From the NCBI GenBank assembly GCA_964247055.1, contig OZ176054.1, positions 3,472,001 through 3,536,000 of the forward strand: a stretch of DNA of 64,000 nt, read 5' to 3'. Under the pieces are notes generated by a model. That model worked only from the letters and a program-made list of their open reading frames with translations, had not been told where the DNA came from and ran no database searches. The position numbers and the translations under genes are program-made. Positions 55,170-64,000 of the stretch are shown piece by piece. The number at the start of each line of letters is the position of its first letter. Position 1 is the first letter of the stretch. Origin of the DNA: Paragordius varius. Lineage: Eukaryota; Animalia; Nematomorpha.

Positions 55170-56442
55170 TATATTGATCAAATTTAGTCAAGAATGGTGA
55201 GCATCATTATTATTATAAAAAAGTGCATTTATAGTATTTTTTAGATGTCTTATTCCGTTTTCATCATGGGTCAAAATAGCAGGAAGTACGCTTCGACAAA
55301 ACTTTGCAATTAATGTTCTAAACATAGTATGCATTTTTTAAAAAAATGTTTTTCAGATGCCATAATTTGGCATAAAAAGTTATCGGAAATATCGGCATTA
55401 TAGAGTGGCCAAAAATGCGGGACTTTGGGACCCCACATTTAAAAGTATTATAAAAATATTGATTGCGTTTTTAATATTTAACCATCAAAAAATTGATTTA
55501 ACAAATGTCATATTACTACAAAAATTAAATAACATCTTATATCACTGAGCCCAAAACCAAAAGAACCATAAGACTGGTACATTTACCAATCAAAAAATAT
55601 ATATTCCATCAAGATATTTTTATATCTATCGATTTTGAACGCAGAGTTATGATAAAAATAGGGAAAGTATAAAATTAATATTTGAAATTTTATCCAAAAT
55701 ATATCCAGATCTTAATAATATTATTTCATTTGGACCTTTTAATATTATGGAAACATATGTGGGGTGTTTTTGTCCCAGACAATAAAACTTTTTAAGATAG
55801 GGATTTTACAATTTTATAAATTTTTTGATCCGCCTAAAATACCATATCTTGAATATTTTTTAGGTTATTTATTTAATATCATTCTGGGGTTGAAAGCCAT
55901 CCAGGAAATTGATATTATGCAACTTTTGTTAAAATCACATTAGTCATCGCATAATTTATCCCTTTTTTTTCAGCATAATACATACTTGCACAGTAACTCA
56001 TATTTCCCAATTTAGTCATTAATTAAAGACTTATTTTAGCGGTTTCGATAATATAGTAATTTTTTCAAAAACCTATGTTAAAAATATGTTAATGCAATCT
56101 CCAGGTTATCTATCAAGTATTTTTATTGCGCTTCTATCTTTATATGCTATATATATCATAACACATCAACCCCTGATACATATCCTAAATATTAAAAATT
56201 ATGTTATCCTAAATTACGAATTTGAACCGATATATTTGATCATTATTAATTTTGATCCGCATTTTTGCTTATATAGCATCATGATATGCAAGTTTTCTAA
56301 ATATCAAGTTTATATAAAAATAATATTTATTAAATGAACCATACAAATATAAATTGTGTCTTTAAGTTACGAATCGGAATGTTACAATAATTGTACCTCC
56401 ACCCAATGGCTAAATAATTATCAAATATGTATATTAAGTATA

Positions 56443-56737
56443 CCATTTACACCTCAAATCCGCCCCCGAACAATTCGAATTCAGTTTAAACAGTTCCACC
56501 CTCAAATATTTTCAATATTTATCCTTAATCATTTCAAATTTATCATCCTAATAAAGAATCTATTGGGCTAATTGAACTCGTCAATGACAGGAAATATTTC
56601 TTTATGGCATAGTTTATCATTTTTTTCTTTATTATGTAAATTTAAGCAAATTTTTATTTTTGGAAATAATAAAATATAGATAATTTAAACCAATATATTT
56701 AGAGAGGTGTTCGAGGGCGAATTTGAAGTGTAAATGG
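56443..56737. mobile_element. Family C-related MITE (diverged)
   Basis: TA|CCATTTACAC(C/T)TCAAAT(C/T)CGCCC termini in inverted orientation. Confidence 0.7.
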
Positions 56738-57239
56738 TATATATATATATATATAAGATTTTTCTCCAATCAAAATGTAAAATAGTATTTTTTGATGGAA
56801 TATACTTGTATTGCTACAGGTGTTATCGCTCCTCCATTTTGATTATTTATAGTAAATAACCAACCTTAAAATAGAAAAAATAAAATGATTTCTAGAGGTA
56901 ATAAAAACAAGGAATAAAATAGTTTTACTGCGTTAGGAGATTTATATTTTGTAAAATCAAAAATAGCTTTTGATTCCGTTTTCTAAAAGCAAATTTCGTT
57001 AATCTTTTTCAAATGACATTTTGAAGCTTTTGTAAAATATTAATAATAATTTAGTAAAGGTAAATGCTGGTCAAAAGTAATTATTTTATAAAATTTGTAC
57101 GTTTTTAGCCTTATATCCTTTTACCGGTTAGCTCAAGCGGTGTTTTTTCTTCTAATATAAATCAATTTTAATCAATATCCGTAAAATTTACAATATAGAA
57201 GTTTTTTGTTATATTAAATATCACAAGTAATATTATCAA

Positions 57240-58480
57240 CTGTAATCTATATATTTATAAAAATGGAAAATGCTGGTTTTGTGATCTGTTTCCGGAAAAC
57301 CGGTAGACCCATTCAAATCCAAATATCGAAAATTATAATCATTAAGGAATGCCCCGACAATAGCTTCGCCCTTTTTTTGAATTAGGCCCCCAGTTCGGGG
57401 CCACCCCGTGTAAAAAACGGGTTTTTTTGAAAACAGACGTCCACAAAAATCGTGTCTTTGAGACAATTTTTCCGAAAACGTGTTGGACCATTCAATTTAA
57501 AATATAATTTTTGTTTACTTATTTTCGATTGCGCTGAACATAGTCGGCTCGCTTTTTTAATTTAGGCCCACTTTTTACCAGCTCCCCCCGTAAAATGCCA
57601 CTTTTTCAAAAAAAGTCCACAAATATAATTTTTTGTTTCTATTTTTCGCTCAAGGTATGAGGCCGTAAAAATCAATAAGGATTCCACGTATTCCCTGTTA
57701 AAAGGCAAAAATTTTAGTCTAGCGTTTCTTTGATGATAGCTGCTGGGTAAGGAGCTACCCGCGAAAAACTGACCCGTCATATCGAAATAGCGTGCTTTCG
57801 GGGTTAAAAACTATTAAGCCATATGAGTTGAATAGCTGCTTAAAGTATTACCCGTAAAAAGTCAAAAGTCGAGCGGATTTTTTGAATTAGCCGTTAAATA
57901 GGCCCTTTACTCCCTTAAAAAATGCGCTATCATTGAACTATTATTAAATTTTGTAAGAATTATATTATGCGGCAGGCAGTTTTAAAATGATTCACATAGT
58001 CTCATAAGTTTTCTGAAATTTGGCTCCAAAGGCATGCTGTATCGATATGATGGCGCTGTAGGCGGGTACGACCCACTACCCAGTGGTCATATAAAAATGT
58101 AGTTAGATACAAAATTTTTGCCTTTATACCTGGAATCAACGTTTACATTCAAATCCAAATATCGCAAAAATATAATCATTAATGAATGACTCGACAATAG
58201 CTTCGCCCTTTTTTTGAATCAGGCCCCCAGTTCGGGGCCACCCCGTGTAAAAAACGGTTTTTTGAAAACAAAAGTCCACAAAAATCGTGTCTTTGAGACA
58301 ATTTTCTCGAAAACGTGTTGGAACATTCAATTTTAAATATGATATTTCTTCCAGACATAGTTAGCTCGCTTTTTTAATTTAGGCCCTCTTTTTACCCGCT
58401 CCCCCCGTAAAATGCCATTTTTTTCAAAAAAACAAAGTCCACAAAAATACTTTTTTGAATCCATTTTTCCCCCAAGTAAA
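57240..58480. repeat. Second locus of repeat D with a local duplication and an inverted unit
   Basis: 57240-57930 is colinear with 28900-29560. One ~170-bp unit is inverted at ~57990-58135, and ~57312-57640 is repeated at ~58145-58480. Confidence 0.75.
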
Positions 58481-58669
58481 CAATATATTAGTATATGAAT
58501 GCACCGTTTTAAAATTCCTATGAGATCATATTTATTAAATAATGTTTTCGAAATAATCCACATGGCTGCTAGCAGCACGAGATTTACGTTAGTTTAATTT
58601 ATAAAAATTAAAGAGACAATAGAAATTTTAAATTACAAATAAATGAATAAATAAATAATTAAATATATT

Positions 58670-61600
58670 TACCAAAATATGTGCCCTGAGCTCTGACTGG
58701 TTCACTATTTTTCGTAATAGTAACCATAGTTCCCATGATTGTAGCGTTCCCTCCAGGCCCAGTTGTTAGATATTGATCGGCATATATAACACCTAATTTA
58801 AGCGTTTTCTTCATATATACATATTCTTTTATTAAAATATAATCGCATAGCATCGCTTTTAAAATTTTTTATTCCTTACTTGATTTTAATGAAAAAGCTA
58901 ATGATTGAAATAATAGCTTAATATTCAAGAGTATCTACAACGTTAAAAATTATGACAGAATAATTGTATGTAAAAGGAAAATATTTTAACAGATATTTTG
59001 TTTATCCGTTGAGTTCAGTGGCACTCACAAAACTCGTGGGCCGCATGCGGCTTTAGTTATTAATAGCCCAATTATTTGTTCTATTTTCGGATAATTTTCT
59101 ATTTATGTGGTAAATTATGATATCAGTAAAAAATATTTTGAAGAAAAAAGCATCCTTTGTGTCAAAAAATTTAATTTTTAGCAAAATTTTCATGAACCGT
59201 ATTTTATGGTATTATTTCGAGCACGGTGAAACGGTATAAAAACGGTATATGATAGTATAAATAACCTTTTTTATATATTCGATGATGCTGAACATTTCCA
59301 TCATCTCAGAATTTTGATATGTTTGTTCGTCCTCAATTTTAGATAGATAAACAATGTTTTTTTTTAAATGTAACTAAAACTAGGACGAACAAATGAATCA
59401 AGGTGGTAGAAGTTATGATTGTTTTTTTAGAAAATGAGTTTTTCCATACCCGTTTCCACTATTAAATACCATGAAATAGGGTAATTAAAAATTTTCCAAA
59501 AAATATTTTTTTTAACAGAGTGTGCATTTTTTCAAAAAATATTTTTTTATATGTCCTAATCTATGAATATCCTAAAAATTTTTTATCAATAAATCCTGGC
59601 CTTTTCGCATTAATTTGCAAAATGGCCCGTTTTGGAGCCCATGTCTAAAAATTAAAATATTATAAAAGTAATGATGTATCTTTTTAAATATGGTAATGAT
59701 ATATATCAGGGCTTGAAACCGGAACTGAAACCACATGGAACCGGAACCCGGTTCCTGGGATTTTAACAAGAACCGGTTCCATTGGGATGGAACCAACCCG
59801 GTTCCGGTCCCAATTATTTAAATTTGATTGTACCACTACATATTACATACTTCAAACTTTAAACCTAAAACAAGGCGCCTAATATTATATTAGCGATACT
59901 CTCTGAATTTTGGGCGATTCGGCTGTTCTAAAAAAAGTGATTCATCAGTCGAGTTTGTTCATAATACATATGTTCCAATATATAGATCTCCGTTGAAAGG
60001 AGTTTTTAACCCTTAATTTATTTTCAGACCTAACAGTTTGACCAGCGAATTGATTGGTACATTTGTTTAAAGTAAGATTTTTTTGGATGCCATACTTTAT
60101 TTAACTCTCAATTTATACCTTTGTGCTTATACATTTTCCTATTATACTTTTTAATTTTTTTCATTTATTATGCTACGCTAATTTCTTTTACTATACATTT
60201 GGCAATTTTATTTGATTTATAATTGTTAATATCTTGGTTTTATTATAATAATAAATTTGTAAATTATTTTATCAAAAGTCAGGAACCGAAAATGGAACGG
60301 TTCTAAATGTAAAGAACCGGTTCCGGACCGCAAAATTTTTAAAGAACCAACGCGGTTCCAGTTCCGCTTTTTTATATATTTATGATTTTTTGGGAATGAA
60401 GCATGAGCTTTCAGTAAAAATATATGTAGCATGGTAGCCATTTTTTACCCCCGATTTTGTGCAATGTATAATTAAATGAATTTATGAGACATTCCTGGTT
60501 TTTATTTCCGAAATTTATTTTTACAATAAGGCACATGAATGTGCCAAATATTAAGTTACTTGTGCAATTAAGCTTTGATCATGCAACATCTTGTTAAATT
60601 TCAATAAGAGTTCAATTTAAAAAATATATTCAAAGAAAATCACAAAGAAGAAATATATTATGATTTTTGGTACGATGTGCCAATTATATAAAAATGCATT
60701 CGTTGTCCCAACTGTTCCTCCAACTCATGAACTATGATAAATAAGCATATCAGATGCCCTTATGGCCGAAACATTAAAACTATCCCGTCATGATGTTAAA
60801 GATTGATAAAAATTATAGTTTAATATTAAAATATGTCCATCTAAGGGATTGTAAAATTTTATATCAAAATATTATTTTTTGAAACTAAATGGCACAAGAG
60901 AATTATAGCTGTGATTTATCTGCGACCCGCAACAAATTTCGGTTTACTGATTTAGAGTATAAATATCTGCATTTGTTTGAATAAGATATATGGTCAACAG
61001 CCCTTGAGACAAAAATTTTTTATTCGGCTCATCAAATTTTTTTGGTGAGTACTACTGATCTAGGTTAAAGTGCAAAGAGTCTAACTTTAATAATGGACCA
61101 ATAAAACTTAGGCTTGAACAGACCCAGGAGTGATTAATATTAGGAAAACAAATATATAATATGAATTCCAAATTATAATTAGAGATTTAGTATTCCAGAT
61201 TATTATACGTATACAGAGTTATTAAAATAAGTTATTTTAGAAGTGTATTTTAATGATTTTTAACTACATACGAAAGTTTCCAGAGAGTATAACTTCCACA
61301 TCGCATATTTCAGTTGTTATATTTTTGGCAACAGTGATGTTACCGATTGGATTCGCTAAATTAATAATGAAAAATAATTTAGTTACTTTTATCATAAAGA
61401 TAACGCGTAAAAGTGAATATTTAGAATCAATCTATAAATATTTTCTTAACTTTAAGAGTTAACCAACCTCTAACAAATGTAAAAGTTCTGCTCCTCAAAG
61501 CTTGTTGATACTGAGGACCATTAAAAAATGGAGCATTTAGAATACAATTTTGCAGGAGTTTCCGTCCAAATGTCAATAATCCTAATTTCGGCTCATCGTA

Positions 61601-62145
61601 TGAAGTGAAATCTATAAAAATAATATTTTGAATTTGGTAAAACATAAAAAACCAATGTTATATTTATTTGATATCATAAACACATTGTGTCCACAAAAAA
61701 TATTATGATGAACTGAATATATTCTTGATTGGAAAATGTAAAGCAAAAAAAACTTAAATTAAAATTTTAAAGCCGAAATTTTAAACTAAAAGAGTTTTAG
61801 CATATCATCTTGGAATTTTGTAAAACTTTTAGGTAAAAATAAATATAATGGCTTCTAACAAGAAAAAAAAATAGAAAAATTCAAACTTAAAAACCCAAAT
61901 TTACATTACCTACTTAAACATAGTTAATTTTAGAGTTTCAAATTTAAAATTTGATTGAATTGCATACATTTGACTTTGTGTGGATCGCTATCCGTGTGGC
62001 TCAAACCATGGCCAATATTTTCATCATAACGGGCACATGAATCTGTTGAATCCTCTTTTCTGAATGAAAATATAGAGTTTGCAAAATAAATCCATGTTAA
62101 AATCAAATAAAAAATATTCAATTTGATTGATGTGGATAATTGCAT
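58670..62145 (-). CDS. Probable multi-exon gene for an uncharacterised secreted or surface protein
   Basis: Signal-peptide-like start MQLSTSIKLNIFYLILTWIYFANSIFS. Phase-compatible GT-AG exons at ~62145-61970, ~61612-61470, ~61355-61270 and ~58858-58670; the middle exons (~60440-60730) and the 3' end are unresolved. Confidence 0.5.
59707..60370. mobile_element. hAT-like element remnant with GGAACC/GGTTCC subterminal repeats
   Basis: Starts CAGGGCTTGAAACCGGAAC. GGAACC/GGTTCC clusters at 59715-59810 and 60280-60365. The matching right TIR was not found. Confidence 0.55.
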
Positions 62146-63020
62146 TTTTTGGATTTTTGTCGTCAAAAAATATGTAAGATTAAATAAGAAAATGAAATTT
62201 TAACACTAAAACCTGGTTTAAATTTTTTTTCCATAGGCAAACTTGAGTTTTCCTATATCGCATAATCAATCGTATTATATTACTGACAAAAAGGAAGTGT
62301 TTGGAATGTATGTCGTGTACAGTTTATCACATATAATTTAATAATGATTTGAATTAACAATATAAATAATACAAAAAAATTTACTAAAATATATATTTTT
62401 TTATCAATTTCATTATTTTTACAAAATCTGTAGTTAATAAAACCTAAATTAGGTCTATAAATTTATTTATCCAAATAGCCAAACCATTTTATTTGACATA
62501 TATTTTATTGAAAACAAGTTAAAGATGTTCCGCTAAAATAAATAAGGTGTTTGGCACGCGGCCCTCAGTATGTGCGGTCGCGAAAAATTTGGAATCCATA
62601 ATACTAGTAATTTCAAAATAAGTCTATCCGATTATCGAATGGAAAAAAATTGCTATATTTTGCTTAAATTAAACAGTTTTATGTGTAATATATAATAAAT
62701 TAATTTTAGTAACACAAACAAGCCATTTAATTAAATTAGAATCACAAAAAGAGAATTATGAATGTACAAATAAATTACTTTTCCAGGTCTCTTTTGAATT
62801 ATTAACACTTCATTAGGGTTTTGTATAACCCAGAGCGATTTAAAATTGAATATCTTAAAAAGTTTTTGAGATATTAACCCGAATGCAAAAATATGTTTTC
62901 ATTAGCCTTTTAAGCGCATTGTACAAAATATTTTTTAAAAAAAAAACGTAAAAAAAATCATCATCTCAAACTTTTTTGCCACCATTTTTTTATAATTTTT
63001 TTTAAAATCGCTAACAGGCA

Positions 63021-63295
63021 CAGAGGTGTAGTTTGCATTTCTGGCGCCCGATGCATAAATCTGTGATGGCGCCCCTCTGCCCCTCCATGCGACCCCTTGC
63101 ATTTTAAAAAAATTCAAATTCAAACCGAGGTGATGACCATTCATAAATGCGTGATTTTTATGTTTTATTTAAAATAATAACTTTTAAATACCTATTTTTT
63201 TAAAATAAAAATAAAATTTTTATAAAATCTGGCTCCCTTTCAACTATGGCGCCCGGTGCATCTGCCTCCCTTTCCCGCCTCTAGCTACGCCTCTG
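63021..63295. mobile_element. hAT MITE (275 bp) with a perfect 8-bp TSD, inserted in repeat family B
   Basis: TSD AACAGGCA on both sides. TIR CAGAGGTGTAGTT / AGCTACGCCTCTG with subterminal GGCGCCC at both ends. Confidence 0.92.
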
Positions 63296-64000
63296 AACAG
63301 GCAAATAAATGTACATTATGGTAGAAAATGTAAGTAATTAACTTTAGAAAGCTGTCAGGCTACATTTTTCCATCAAAAACTTGATATATTTTGATTTTAA
63401 CATCAGCTGTTATTTGAATCGTGTTTTGAAACTGTCCCAATTTTAGATTCTAGAAGTCACAAAATTAAAAAATATAAGCTTTTTTATCTAATACTTATAA
63501 ATTTTTAATAATTAATTTAACTAAAATAACTTTCAAACTACAGTTTATTTACAAAGTTGAGCATTGGGATACAAAATTACCACAAAAGGTAAACTAGGAT
63601 AAAAATAAGGTAAGGAAGTGTTAACAAAACTGTTATCGATTATCTTTGTCAAATTTTTTAACTTAGGAAATATGATTATAAGCATTATTATCAGGCATTA
63701 TTTATCGACCAGTCGAAAATCCATATAGATTTTAAGCTTTTAAATTAAATATTTTTTTATATAGACACACCAACTTATTTAAAACTTGATTTTCATATAA
63801 TATTTATTATATTTCCGATATTATATATATATATATTACGAATAAAAGCTGCGTTAACCCCGTAAGGAATTGTACACTTTTTTGAAAAATCAGAGAAATA
63901 ATTATATTTGCATTGAATTCTAAAATATACATGGCTAATTTTACGCGTCAAACCCCTGTAAAAGTTAAACATTTTAGCCAACAAAATCTTTTTAGTCGTT

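Noticed and set aside
54973-55191. ORF with SSWSLN heptad repeats
   Set aside because: It is the translation of the 21-bp subterminal repeats of the MITE at 54589-55169.
1-64000. Non-standard (ciliate-like) genetic code as an explanation for the tiny introns
   Set aside because: RPL18 ends in TAG, and cyclophilin and POLA2 end in TAA at the expected positions. No in-frame stops occur in the conserved exons.

Overview
Very AT-rich, intron-containing eukaryotic DNA using the standard code. It comes from an animal, probably a protostome invertebrate; the taxon cannot be fixed from this window. By hand-splicing I recover six recognisable genes: POLA2 (+, 9495-15216), RPL18 (+, 18352-19090), frataxin (-, 20547-22177), cyclophilin A (+, 32745-33487), a PP1 glycogen-targeting subunit (+, 37177-40697) and NUP107 (-, ~42140-52577). 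There is also a probable uncharacterised secreted-protein gene (-, ~58670-62145). Most intergenic and intronic space is DNA-transposon debris: a TTAA/piggyBac-type MITE family with a decayed transposase-bearing relative, several hAT MITEs and a hAT transposase relic, TA-targeting MITEs, an RTE LINE relic and a ~170-bp repeat array. The standout observation is a class of ultra-short GT-AG introns (20-23 nt) in four different genes. Each must be removed to restore the reading frame of a conserved protein, and they coexist with ordinary 60-970 nt introns. The six 22-23 nt introns all have A at +16 and at -8, and three bypass or outcompete an alternative AG, suggesting length-measured splicing. 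All exon structures are manual inferences without transcript data.
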